Shown here in pieces: positions 48,675 through 58,510 of a stretch of 64,000 bases of DNA. The stretch spans positions 1,261-65,260 of the forward strand of contig CAYFYY010000007.1 in NCBI GenBank assembly GCA_964347475.1, read 5' to 3'. The notes under the pieces are model-generated. The model searched no databases, was not told the DNA's origin, and saw nothing but the letters and a program-made list of their open reading frames with translations. Made by a program: the position numbers and the translations under genes. The stretch comes from an uncultured Flavobacteriales bacterium (GTDB lineage: Bacteria > Pseudomonadota > Alphaproteobacteria > UBA8366 > JADFVY01). The number at the start of each line of letters is the position of its first letter. Within the stretch, counting starts at the first letter, position 1.

Positions 48675-50195
48675 CTAGCCCTGATAGCTGTCGGCGAGAT
48701 CGCCGGTCTCGGTACAGTAGCCGCCGGGCGCCGGGGCGCGGCCCTCCAGAAGCACGTCGAATTGGAAATTCAAATACCAGTGGGGACTGCCGCTGGGATG
48801 GCTGGAGTACATGGCGACCGCGTCCGGAGCGTGCCAGGAGAGCGCAATAGGGCAAGTTGTCCTGACGCAATACCGAACCGTCGGTATCGGCGTTGCCTCG
48901 TCTTGTTCCTCTTCGGCTTCCCCCGATTCTGCTTTCCTGCGGTCCCTCTCCTCGTCGAAGCGCCTGGTGGCGTCATGCACCACATATGTCCACCGGTCTG
49001 ATGTTTCGGGCCAGGGCCGGGCGTCCCGGTCGGCCGCATCGACCATGCCCGCGGTCACCGTCACGGTGCAGCTCAAACGGGCGATGCCGTCTTCCGGGTT
49101 CTCGACCAGATCCGGCAGAAGTCGGCCCAGACCTTCGTCGGGCGCGGCCGGCGACCAGTGTCCCAACTGGTTGATTGTCGCGACGATCTCCGCCTCGGGG
49201 CGCCCCGATTGCTGAAGGCCGTCCGCCCAGTGGGCCAGTGCCGCCCCGGTACCGGTGCCAGCGGAAAGCGCAGGGATTGAAGCTGTAATCAGAACGAGTG
49301 TGAAGTGAACCGGCAAGATCAGAGCGGCAAGCGACGCGGCAAATCCGATGATCGCGACCGAAATGCGGACGGGCATGCCGACGGCTTTCGTCCCGCTGCG
49401 GCCGGGCCTAAGGTCCGGCGGATCGTCTTCTGAAACGTCGTCCCGTTGCGCAATTTCCCGCCATGAAACCAGGAGTCCGGCGGTCACCAGAAATCCCAGT
49501 GGCACGACCGGGAAGGCCAGGAACAGGTCCCACACCGTCGGTATGTGGTTCCAACGCACGGTATCGAGCAGATAATAGGACAGGATGGCGGGCCCGATTA
49601 GGACAGGAATCAATATCAATGATTCCATAGCAATAAGTCCGGAAATCCAGACCGAGAGGACGCGGGACGCGCCGGACCGGCCGTTCCGGCGAGTGGCGGC
49701 GCCGGCATCCGCCCGTTCGGCCCACGGCCGGATCGCGAATGCCAGGCCGAGAAGCAGGGCCGCCAGCGCCAGCAGGATCGCCGTCTTCGACAACCAGGGC
49801 AGATAATCCGCCGGTCCGAACGGAAACGAGGGGCCGTCCGGATCCCCTTCGAAAATCCCGACAATTCGCTCCCACTGATATGCGTGGTAGAGCCATGTCA
49901 GAAGCGAGGCGAGGAGAAGCGCCACGACCGACATCAGGGCGCTCATCGTGCACAGAAATTGAAGTATAAACTCTTTGAACTCCCGGAACGCCATTTTGAG
50001 CCGTTTCCATCGATCGCGGTATCCGATCAATGGCCACAGCGAATAGGTCAGATCCACCGCGACAATCGCGCCCAAGGTGACCAGAAAGCCCGCCGGCCAC
50101 AGGACGGAAAACACCGCCGCCATCGCCGCGAACAGGAGAACGGTGTGCAACAGCCAGCGCCCCGCCTTGCCTTGCCACGTGTGACGAGTCCGCAT
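48675..50195 (-). CDS. Unknown multi-pass membrane protein, paralogue 1 (506 aa)
   Basis: About 7 hydrophobic segments, then a soluble domain with C..., YCVRTTCP, SSHPS, PGGYC...YQG. Confidence 0.82.
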   Translation of the reverse strand: MRTRHTWQGKAGRWLLHTVLLFAAMAAVFSVLWPAGFLVTLGAIVAVDLTYSLWPLIGYRDRWKRLKMAFREFKEFILQFLCTMSALMSVVALLLASLLTWLYHAYQWERIVGIFEGDPDGPSFPFGPADYLPWLSKTAILLALAALLLGLAFAIRPWAERADAGAATRRNGRSGASRVLSVWISGLIAMESLILIPVLIGPAILSYYLLDTVRWNHIPTVWDLFLAFPVVPLGFLVTAGLLVSWREIAQRDDVSEDDPPDLRPGRSGTKAVGMPVRISVAIIGFAASLAALILPVHFTLVLITASIPALSAGTGTGAALAHWADGLQQSGRPEAEIVATINQLGHWSPAAPDEGLGRLLPDLVENPEDGIARLSCTVTVTAGMVDAADRDARPWPETSDRWTYVVHDATRRFDEERDRRKAESGEAEEEQDEATPIPTVRYCVRTTCPIALSWHAPDAVAMYSSHPSGSPHWYLNFQFDVLLEGRAPAPGGYCTETGDLADSYQG

Positions 50196-50200
50196 GCCGT

Positions 50201-51698
50201 TCACCCCTGAAAGCTCTCGGCGAGGCTGCCGTCGGCCAGGCAGTAGCCGCCCGGCACGGCCGCCACGCCGTCGGCGGAGAGGTCGAAATAGAGCGGATGC
50301 ATCCAGTCCGGCCTGGCGCTGGGGTGGCTGGAGACGAGGGCGATCGCATCGGGGGCCCGCCAGACCACCGGGCTGGGACAGGCGACACGGAGGCAGTAGC
50401 GGACCGCCCCCGACGCGGAATTTCGGTCCGCGTCTTCGTCTTTCCCTCCTGAGTCCCCTGTACCCGAGGGCGACCGGCTCTGACGGTCCTTGATCCGCGG
50501 CGCCGGCAGATCGGGCCACGGGGCGGTGGCCAGTTCGGCGGCGTCGACAAGACCGGCCGCGACGGTCATCGGGCACCTCCACGCGCCGTCGGCCCCGTCC
50601 GGGTCCCGGTCCGACGACTGAAGCAGCCTCGCCAAGCCCTGTGTCGGCGCGTCGGGCGACCAGAAGCCGTTTTCGTTGATCATGCCCGCGATTTCCGCGG
50701 GCGATCGGCCGGATCGCCGCTGTTCGCCGGCCCACCGGTCGAGGGCATCGCGGGACAGCGTCCCGGTAATGAGCGCCTGCGCCGACGCGCCGGCAGCAAC
50801 GGTTCCGACATGGGCGTAATGGCTGAAGATCCCTGCGACCGTCAGAAACCCCGCCAAGGCGACGGCGGCAAAGCCCGGCGTGCGGATCCCGACGAGCCTC
50901 AGGGGCATGCCTGCGAGCCTGCCGTCCGGCGGAACCGGCGGTGCGTCCGGCGGCAGCTCCAACTGGTACAGAACGTCGCGTACCGTCACAACCATCGCCG
51001 CGACCACGAAGAGGCCAATTGGCAGGGCGGGATAGAACAGGACCATGTCCCAGGCGTTCGGGGCTTTGTCCTGCAGGATCTCCCGGAGAAGGATACGGAA
51101 ATCACCCGCGCATTTGGCCAGGATGACCAGCAACTCGATGAACTGGACGAACACGAACCCGATCAGCCAGAAGGACAGGACGCTGGCGGCGCGCGGTCGG
51201 AGCCCCGGCGGCCGGGCCGCCCCGGACCCCTTTTTTCGCCAGCTTCGGCCGGAGCGCCAGCGCCAGGCTCAGCAGCAGGGCCGCGACCAACAACAGGATT
51301 ACGGCCATGCCGACCTTGTTCGTATAATTTCCGGGAATGACATTGGCGGCGGCGGAGAGAAAACTCAGACCCGATATCGCGCCGGAGACGTCCCAGCGAT
51401 AGGCGTTTGCAAGCCACAAGAGCGGCGCGGCAATACCAAGCGCCAGCGCCGCCGACGCACCGCTGAGGCCGCAGACGAGAAGCATTCCCGCGCCCTTGGA
51501 CGGCACATCGGGCGTGTTTCGCAGCTCGCGATACAGAAAGATCGGCGACACAATGTAAGCGAGGCAGACCAGCGCGCCGATGAAAGAGCCGTCGGAATAG
51601 CCGACGGTCGCGAAAAGGATGGCAAGCGTTGCGGACAGCAGGGCGGTCCGCCCGAGCCAGCGCAACGCATTCCGGTGCCGGCCATTCGTCTTCAGCAT
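50201..51698 (-). pseudogene. Unknown multi-pass membrane protein, paralogue 2 (498 aa if repaired), split by a +1 frameshift
   Basis: ORF 51102-51698 carries the N-terminus and ORF 50201-51154 the C-terminus; the homology to paralogue 1 switches frame near the T6/C4 run at 51227-51236. Confidence 0.8.
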
Positions 51699-51703
51699 CC
51701 CCT

Positions 51704-53092
51704 TCAGCCCTGATACCTCCCCGCCAGCCGGCCGTCCGCGGTGCAGTAACCGCCCGGCGCCGGGGCGCGGCCTTGGGCGAACAGGTCGACGAACAAATTG
51801 TAGCTCCAGCCGCGGTTGCGCGAGGGGTGGCTGGAATGGAGGATGACCACGGGCCTTTCATGCCACACGGCGGGCGACGGGCAGGCCAGGCGCAGGCAGT
51901 AGCCGACCGCCGGCAGCGGTCGGAATCCGGCCTCGTAGCCGGCGATCCACGGCTCGTTGCGCAGGGCCGAGTTGTCGGCGACGCGGGCGTCGATGGTGAT
52001 GCGGCACTGGTCGCTGAGGCCCAGCTCCTCCAGGGTGCCGCCAAATTGGGACAGGGCGCCGGGGCGGCGGGGGCCGGGCCCTTCGGCGCTCCAGCCGCCC
52101 TGCGTGCGGAGTTCGGCGGCGATCGCCGCCGGCTCGCGCCCTTCCGCCTCCTGCGCCGCGATCCAGGCGTCGGTGGCGCGCGAGACCTCGCCCCAGCTGA
52201 CGATCATCGTCGTCGCGCCGAGGGACGCGACGATGCCGATATGCAGGACCTGGAGATACCATCCGTAACCGACTCCGACGCTCGCCACGGCCGTCAGCAG
52301 GCCCGGCACGCGGCCGCGTGACGGCCGGCGCGGGGCGCGCAGCGACGCCAGCGCCGCCGGCTGCAGCCGCCGGAACGCCACCATCAACACCGATGACGCC
52401 AGGAGGGCGGCGGGAAGCAGCGGGAACGCCTCGGCGACGTCCCAGAGGACGACAGTGCGGTCCGGGTTCGCGGCCTGCAGCAGCGGCGGCAGCGAAAAGG
52501 TGCCGACGACGACGTTGGCGAGGCTCAGCACCCCGAACCCCAAGAGAAGCCAGGCCGCCGCCGCCGGCCACAGACTCGCGAATCCCTCGTCGCCGATGCG
52601 CTTGAGGCAGGCACCCACGCTCTCGCGGTCGCGTCGCAGCAGGGTCGTCGCGGCAAGGAACACCGCTGCCGCCGCGACGATCAGGCCGAGCGCGAGGGAC
52701 AGTGCGGACGCCAGCGCCAGCGGAAACCCCAGCCCGAACCCGTGCGGGTCGAGGATTTCCGTTCGGTAGGCGGCGTGGAACCAGACCGTGGACACCAGGA
52801 CGGAGAAGCCGGCCGCCATGGCGACGGCGCTCGCCAGCTGGGCCAGCGAGAACGCGGCGACGCGGCGCGTCGACGGCAGCTCGGTCGCACGATCGAGAAA
52901 CGCCACCAGCGGGGCACCGATCACATAGCCCAGGACGACCGCCAGCGGCATGAAGAGGTACAGGTCCGTGACCGTGGTCCAGTACAGCGGCGCGGCCAGG
53001 AACAGGAACACCGCCAAGGCTTCCAGAAGGCTCCAGCCGTAGGCCGGCACCGCCGTTCTCGTATTCGGACCTTGCGTGTAGCTGGTTGCCAT
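51704..53092 (-). CDS. Unknown multi-pass membrane protein, paralogue 3 (462 aa)
   Basis: Same architecture and motifs (YCLRLACP, HSSHPS, PGGYC..DG.LA..YQG). Confidence 0.82.
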   Translation of the reverse strand: MATSYTQGPNTRTAVPAYGWSLLEALAVFLFLAAPLYWTTVTDLYLFMPLAVVLGYVIGAPLVAFLDRATELPSTRRVAAFSLAQLASAVAMAAGFSVLVSTVWFHAAYRTEILDPHGFGLGFPLALASALSLALGLIVAAAAVFLAATTLLRRDRESVGACLKRIGDEGFASLWPAAAAWLLLGFGVLSLANVVVGTFSLPPLLQAANPDRTVVLWDVAEAFPLLPAALLASSVLMVAFRRLQPAALASLRAPRRPSRGRVPGLLTAVASVGVGYGWYLQVLHIGIVASLGATTMIVSWGEVSRATDAWIAAQEAEGREPAAIAAELRTQGGWSAEGPGPRRPGALSQFGGTLEELGLSDQCRITIDARVADNSALRNEPWIAGYEAGFRPLPAVGYCLRLACPSPAVWHERPVVILHSSHPSRNRGWSYNLFVDLFAQGRAPAPGGYCTADGRLAGRYQG

Positions 53093-53189
53093 GGCACCCC
53101 GTTTCCGGCCGGTCGCGCAGAATGGCAAAACCGGGGCCAAACACTCTAGCGGGAAAGGTCTAACTCTCTGTTAACCGGCGGTTGACCAC

Positions 53190-53902
53190 TTAGCCGGCAA
53201 GCCCTTCAATGCCCTGCCAGACGAGGCGGCAGCCGGTCAGGAAGATCAGTGCATAGCAGACGCGGTAGAACAGCTCTTCCGGCAGGCGCTTCTGAACGGT
53301 GACACCGAGCCAGATGCCGACCGGCGCCACCGGGGCGAGCAGCGCCGCCGTCGTAAGGTTGGTTGCGTCCAGCATGCCCAGCAGCGCATAGGGTACCAGC
53401 TTCATGATGTCCACGAGGGCGAACAGGATCACCGTCGTGCCGATGAAGACGCGCTTGTCCAGACGCTGCGGCAACAAGTTGATATGCGCCGGCGGGCTGC
53501 CGCCGTGGGCGACGACGCTGGTAAAGCCGCCGACCCCGACCCAGCGATAGAGCGTGAACAGGATGGCGATGGCGCCGACGAGGATGCGGATCATGTCGTC
53601 GTTCATGTAGCGGAAGGTGAGGCCGCCGATCACCACCCCGAGCAGCGAGCCGGGCAGCATGGTCGCAAGGTTGCGGCGGTCGAAGACCCCCAGTAGGCGC
53701 GCAGGCTGAACACATCCATGAACAAGAGCAGCGGCATCAGCATCGCGGCCGCCTGCACCGGCGGCACGATCAGCACCATCAGCGGCTCCGCCATGATGCC
53801 GAGCCCGCCGCCGACGCCGGCCTTGGAAAACCCGACGATCAGCACGGCGGGGACCGCCAACGCGTAGAACCATGCATCGCTGATGAATTCCAAGCGCTGC
53901 AC
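53190..53902 (-). pseudogene. TauE/SafE paralogue of 47811-48587, frameshifted and internally deleted
   Basis: N-terminus (GFSKAGVGGGLG) is in ORF 53630-53926 and the C-terminus in another frame; G5 run at 53687-53691; about 20 aa missing before GGFTS. Confidence 0.8.
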
Positions 53903-54131
53903 CCTTCGCATCGGCCCGGCTCGCATCCGCCTCCGGGGCCGGCGGCATGCCCGTGTTGTTCCGATTCTTGCTTGCGGGCAAGTGCTTTACCATGCGAGGG
54001 CGCGAACCGATAGCGGATGTCGCGATATCCTGCGGGGGTGCTCTTGACACGCTTTCGATTACGCGTAATTCATGCCCTACGTATACCGGACAGTTGCCGA
54101 AATCTGGTATACTCGTACCCGAGGTTCGATC

Positions 54132-54845
54132 ATGCCAGTCGCCAAGGAAGACAGGACAGCCGAAAGCACCCGCGCCAGCCTGAAGGCGCTTGACGGCGAG
54201 GCCGCGGACCGGCTCGCGGCGATGTCGCGAACGATCACCGTGCCGGCGGGCCGGACGGTGATGATGGAGGGTGCGCCGGCGACCGAACTGTTCAGCGTGT
54301 CCAGCGGCATCGTCAGCGTGTTCAAGCTGATGCCGGACGGGCGGCGGCAGATCACCGGTTTCCTCTATCCCGGCAGCTTCCTCGGCGTCACCTTCAACGC
54401 CGAAACCACGTATGCCTACAGTGCCGACGCGGTCACCGCCGTGACGCTGCGTTCGTATCCGCGCCGCAATTTCGAGCGCCTGCTCGACGAGGTGCCTGGG
54501 ATCCGCCGCGCTTTCATCGCCGCCATGGCCGACGAGCTGACCGAGGCGCAGGACCGCATGCTGCTGCTGGCCCACCGGTCCGCCAGCGAGCGGCTGGCCT
54601 GTTTTCTGCTGACCCTTGCACAGCGTCAGGCCGGCCCGGGCGGCGCGCCGGTCGATGCCGTCTTCATCCCGATGCGGGGCAGCGACATCGCCGACTATCT
54701 GGGACTGACCGCCGAGACGGTGAGCCGCACGCTCGCCACCTTCCGGCGCAAAGGGATCGTCGTGATCCGCCGGGGCGGCCATACGGAAATCCTCGACCGG
54801 CCGGCGCTGGAAGCCCTCGCGGGGCCGCTGTCCCGCCAGATCTGA
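54132..54845 (+). CDS. Crp/Fnr family regulator (FixK-like, no N-terminal Cys cluster)
   Basis: DGRRQITGFLYPG.F.G, SASERLA.FL, HTH DIADYLGLTAETVSR. Confidence 0.93.
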   Translation: MPVAKEDRTAESTRASLKALDGEAADRLAAMSRTITVPAGRTVMMEGAPATELFSVSSGIVSVFKLMPDGRRQITGFLYPGSFLGVTFNAETTYAYSADAVTAVTLRSYPRRNFERLLDEVPGIRRAFIAAMADELTEAQDRMLLLAHRSASERLACFLLTLAQRQAGPGGAPVDAVFIPMRGSDIADYLGLTAETVSRTLATFRRKGIVVIRRGGHTEILDRPALEALAGPLSRQI

Positions 54846-54969
54846 CCACAGCGCGCGGATTCCGCGTCCTGGTCACGGCAATGTGACCATGCACGGCTGC
54901 CTTCGGGATAGTTCCGTGAAAAATTGGTGGCATCTGCGTTGGCGTCACGAACACGAAGGAGCCCCCGTC

Positions 54970-55431
54970 ATGCCGATCCGTCCGCCTCTGGCCGTCTTCA
55001 TCATCGCCATCGGCCTCGTGTCGCACGCCTCCGTCGCGCCGGCGCTCGCCAAGGATCCGGTCTCGACCGGCACGTTCAGCGACCTTGCCGTCAGCGGCTA
55101 CGATCCGGTCGCCTATTTCCGGCAGGGCAAACCCGTCAGGGGGCAGAGCGCGCTGGAATATGCGTGGAACGGCGCCACGTGGCGGTTCTCCAGCATGGAG
55201 AACCTTGCCGCCTTCAAGGCCAGTCCACAGGAATTCGCGCCTCAATACGGCGGTTACTGCGCCTGGGCGGTAAGCCAGGGATATACCGCCAAGAGCGACC
55301 CCGAAGCATGGCGCATCGTCGACGGCAAGCTGTATCTCAACTACAGCAAGGACATACAGAAACGCTGGGAACAGGACATCCCCGGGAATATCGACAAGGC
55401 CGACGCCAACTGGCCCGCAGTGCTCGAGTAG
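54970..55431 (+). CDS. Exported YHS-domain-type protein
   Basis: Signal peptide; AVSGYDPVAYF, W.GATWRFSS.ENL..F...P..FAPQYGGYCAWAV, WRIVDGKLYLN. Confidence 0.9.
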   Translation: MPIRPPLAVFIIAIGLVSHASVAPALAKDPVSTGTFSDLAVSGYDPVAYFRQGKPVRGQSALEYAWNGATWRFSSMENLAAFKASPQEFAPQYGGYCAWAVSQGYTAKSDPEAWRIVDGKLYLNYSKDIQKRWEQDIPGNIDKADANWPAVLE

Positions 55432-55452
55432 CCGGTGTGCCGTGAGGCACGG

Positions 55453-55977
55453 TCAGGCCGGTGTGACCTCTCCTTTCGTGTCGTGCCGTGCCAGCCACGC
55501 ATCGTCCGCCAGTACGACGGATGTTTCGATCTGACGATCGGGGACGTCCCAGTAACGGCGCAGCAGGGCCGGGGTCTCGGCGCGTGGCAGCAGATGGAAC
55601 CCGTGCTTGCGATAGAAACCGACGGCCCAGTCGGCGGCGGCCCAGGTGCCGACCAGCAGCGGGCCGTCGCTGAACGCGCGGATATGCTGCAGCAGCCGGC
55701 CGCCGATGCCGCGACGGCGCATCGCCGAGCGCACATAGGCGTGGCGGATCAGCACGACATCCTCGACCGGCTGCAGTCCCATCACGCCGAGCAGCCTGCT
55801 GTCGCCTTCGAAGGCCCAGAACTTGACGCCCGCCGCGATGTCCTTGGCCAGCGCGTCGCGCGGCATATAGGGGTCGCGCCACCGGTCCGCGGGGATCACC
55901 CCCTTGTAGGCCCGCGCCGCATCGTTGACGATCGTCAGGATGTCTTCGAAGTCGCGTTGCGTGCAATAGCGGATCAT
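55453..55977 (-). CDS. GNAT acetyltransferase
   Basis: LIRHAYVR...RRRGIGG.LL, VGTW..A.WA.GFY.KHGF. Confidence 0.88.
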   Translation of the reverse strand: MIRYCTQRDFEDILTIVNDAARAYKGVIPADRWRDPYMPRDALAKDIAAGVKFWAFEGDSRLLGVMGLQPVEDVVLIRHAYVRSAMRRRGIGGRLLQHIRAFSDGPLLVGTWAAADWAVGFYRKHGFHLLPRAETPALLRRYWDVPDRQIETSVVLADDAWLARHDTKGEVTPA

Positions 55978-55983
55978 GGCGGG

Positions 55984-57558
55984 TCACACTGTAACATAAA
56001 CGCCGCCGCGTCTCCCATCCCCTGCGCCGTCGAACGCGCCGGTCACCGGATCCAGCGCCACCGCGTGGACGCCGCCGTAGAACATGCTGAAATGGTCCCA
56101 AAGCTCCTTTTCGGGGAACGGATCGGTAAAGTTGGCGACCCGGCGCCCATCGAAGCCACCCTCTGCGCCGACTGCCTCGACGCTCAGCAGGCCGCGCTCG
56201 TAATGGACGCGGGGGGCGGTGATCGCCTCCTGCAAGCCCATGCCGGAGCGCAGTACATTCATGAGCACCTGAAGGATCGCCGTGCGGATCCTGTTGGAGC
56301 CGCCGCTCCCCAGTGCCATGCGCCGCCCGTCGGGCTGATCCACCAGCGTCGGCGCCATCATCGACGAGATGCGCGTATCGGGCGCCCATTGGTGGAAGCC
56401 CTGCGGATTGATGTCCTCTTCGCCGAGCATGTTGTTCGGCATGATACCGCAGCCGGGCAACACATGGCCGCAGCCCTCGCCGTTCGATACGCTCATCGCC
56501 GCCGCGTTGCCGTCGGCGTCGATCACGCTGACATGGGTGGTGCCGCCCTGCTTGAGGGCGCGTCCCGCCATGGCCGCACGGTATCGGGCGACGACCGGGT
56601 CGGACAGCAGCGTGGCGACCATTCCTTCATCGCAGCCCTGGTCAAGGCCGCAGCCGGTGCGCGCGGCGTTCGCGGTCGCCATGGCGTCGACCAGCTGCAC
56701 GAGCCACTGGGGGTCGTCCGGTCTCCCCGCCACGACATGTCCGTCCAGTACGGCGAGGGTGAAGGCGATCAGCGGCCCGCCCGAGGAGGGCGGCGGGTTG
56801 GTGAGAATGCGGGCGCCGCCGAAGTCGCGGTGCAGCGGCCGCCGACGGATCACCTTGTAGTCGCGCAGGTCCGCTCGCGTGAGCGTGCCGCCCAGCGCGC
56901 TGCAGGCTTCCACAAGCTCGGCCGCGACCGCGCCGCGGTAGAACAGGTCGCGCCCTTCGCGGGCCAGCGCGTCCAGGGTCTCCGCCATGGCGCTGGGCCG
57001 GTAGATTTCATTCTCCCGCAGCACGTGGCCCGGCTCGACAGCACTTTCGAACAGAGCGGTCGCGCTAGCCGTGGCCAGGTAGATCGGCTCGACGATGTTC
57101 AGGATGTGGGCCTGCAGGGCCGAGATCTCGGTCCCGTCGCGCGCCAGTGCCACCGCGGGCTCGACGATGCGGGACATGGGCAGCCGGCCCAAATCCTGAT
57201 GGACGGCGAACAGCCCGGCCACGGTGCCGGGCGTCGCCATCGCACCGATACCGATATGGAATTCCTGCGTCGTGGTTCCGAAATCGACGTCGACCGGGTA
57301 GAACTCGATTTCCCCGGCGGGACGCTTACGCTTCGGCGTCTGGCAGAAGAAGTCATAGAGCACCGGCTCCCCGTCGGCGGGCTCGGCGAGAAGGAAGCCG
57401 CCGCCGGCCAGCGATGCCAGGACCGGCTCCGCCACGGGCGCCGTGCACAGCGCGGCAAGTGCCGCATCGAACGCGTTGCCGCCGTCGCGCAACATCTCGG
57501 CGGCGGCATTCGCGGTGGCCGCATCGCCCGCAGCTATAGCGCCTCTGGTTACCGACAT
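55984..57558 (-). CDS. ggt: Gamma-glutamyltransferase family protein
   Basis: GGNAFDAA, GGGF, PG.VAGL, PPPSSGG, nucleophile TTHVSVID, SMMAPT, GSGGSNRI, DGRRGG. Confidence 0.9.
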   Translation of the reverse strand: MSVTRGAIAAGDAATANAAAEMLRDGGNAFDAALAALCTAPVAEPVLASLAGGGFLLAEPADGEPVLYDFFCQTPKRKRPAGEIEFYPVDVDFGTTTQEFHIGIGAMATPGTVAGLFAVHQDLGRLPMSRIVEPAVALARDGTEISALQAHILNIVEPIYLATASATALFESAVEPGHVLRENEIYRPSAMAETLDALAREGRDLFYRGAVAAELVEACSALGGTLTRADLRDYKVIRRRPLHRDFGGARILTNPPPSSGGPLIAFTLAVLDGHVVAGRPDDPQWLVQLVDAMATANAARTGCGLDQGCDEGMVATLLSDPVVARYRAAMAGRALKQGGTTHVSVIDADGNAAAMSVSNGEGCGHVLPGCGIMPNNMLGEEDINPQGFHQWAPDTRISSMMAPTLVDQPDGRRMALGSGGSNRIRTAILQVLMNVLRSGMGLQEAITAPRVHYERGLLSVEAVGAEGGFDGRRVANFTDPFPEKELWDHFSMFYGGVHAVALDPVTGAFDGAGDGRRGGVYVTV

Positions 57559-57586
57559 GACTCCCCGAACCGGCCGCCGATCGACG

Positions 57587-58420
57587 TCAAATTTGCGCCG
57601 ACCCCGCCTTCGCCTCCGTCTTGGTGTGGGTTTTTGGCCGTTCAAAGGCGCCGTAGTCCTCGACATAGGCGGTGTGGCTCAGCAACCCGCCTTCGGCCGA
57701 CCACTGGTGCAGCTGGAAGGCCGGCGGTTCTTTCGTAAGCACGATTCCTTTCGAGTCGTCCAGCTTGAGCTCGACCTGGAAGCTGGTGGCCGGGGCGACG
57801 GTGGCCGGCACGCCCGCGAACATCGTGCTGATCGGACGGTGGATGTGGCCGCACAGGATGCGGACGATCTGACCGTATGCCCTGACGACCTCGGCAAGGC
57901 GGGACGGGTCGGCCAGGCCCATGCCGTCCATGTGGGCGATGCCGGTGACGAACGGCGGATGGTGCATCAGGACGACGGTCGGTTTGTCCGGTGCGCATGC
58001 CAGCGTCTTGTCGAGCCAGCGGCAACGCGCCGCGCACATTTCGCCGTGCGGCTGGCCGGCGACCACGGTGTCGAGTGCGACGATGCGCAGCGGCCAGTCT
58101 TCGACAACGTAATGCAGGAAGTTCCTGTCCTGCCACGGCTGGTCGGGAAACGCCGCACGCAGGTTGCCGCGGATGTCGTGGTTGCCCGGCAACAGCAGGT
58201 AGGGCATGGCGGCACGGTCAAGAAGCCGGCGCAGCGCGGCGTATTCCTCCGGCCGGCCGTCGGCCGCAAGGTCCCCGGTCGCGACCAGAAGATCGGGACG
58301 CGGGGTGCGGCGATTGATCCGGTCGATCGCGCGTGCCAGCGCACCGTAGCTGTCGAGCTGGTCCAGCAGCAGCTCGCCGCTGGGCTTGACGTGCGTATCC
58401 GTGATCTGTGCTATGAGCAT
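57587..58420 (-). CDS. Class III cyclic-nucleotide phosphodiesterase-like metallophosphoesterase (CpdA/Icc)
   Basis: QITDTH, TGDL, PGNHD, HHPP, CGHIH. Confidence 0.9.
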   Translation of the reverse strand: MLIAQITDTHVKPSGELLLDQLDSYGALARAIDRINRRTPRPDLLVATGDLAADGRPEEYAALRRLLDRAAMPYLLLPGNHDIRGNLRAAFPDQPWQDRNFLHYVVEDWPLRIVALDTVVAGQPHGEMCAARCRWLDKTLACAPDKPTVVLMHHPPFVTGIAHMDGMGLADPSRLAEVVRAYGQIVRILCGHIHRPISTMFAGVPATVAPATSFQVELKLDDSKGIVLTKEPPAFQLHQWSAEGGLLSHTAYVEDYGAFERPKTHTKTEAKAGSAQI

Positions 58421-58510
58421 GTCATCTCGCCGATCAGGCCGGTTGCCGGGGCTGCTACTCTCCGCGATGCCGTCCGCGGCGTCAATTCGCAATCCCGGGA
58501 TGGAGAGGCC

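Noticed and set aside
51227-51236. Programmed -1 frameshift at an A-AAA-AAG-like site
   Set aside because: The downstream frame is +1 relative to the upstream frame, so the classical -1 mechanism does not fit.
51815-51850. HSSHPS/SSHPS as a JAB/MPN deubiquitinase motif (defence system)
   Set aside because: JAB needs HxH plus a downstream S..D; the first His is present in only one paralogue and the spacing is wrong.
54871-54888. GGTCAC-N6-GTGACC dyad downstream of the Crp/Fnr gene as a CRP site
   Set aside because: The half-sites are in the reverse arrangement to TGTGA-N6-TCACA; no regulator can be assigned.
54970-55431. Selenoprotein version of the YHS protein
   Set aside because: The GGYC position is an ordinary TGC codon and there is no in-frame TGA.
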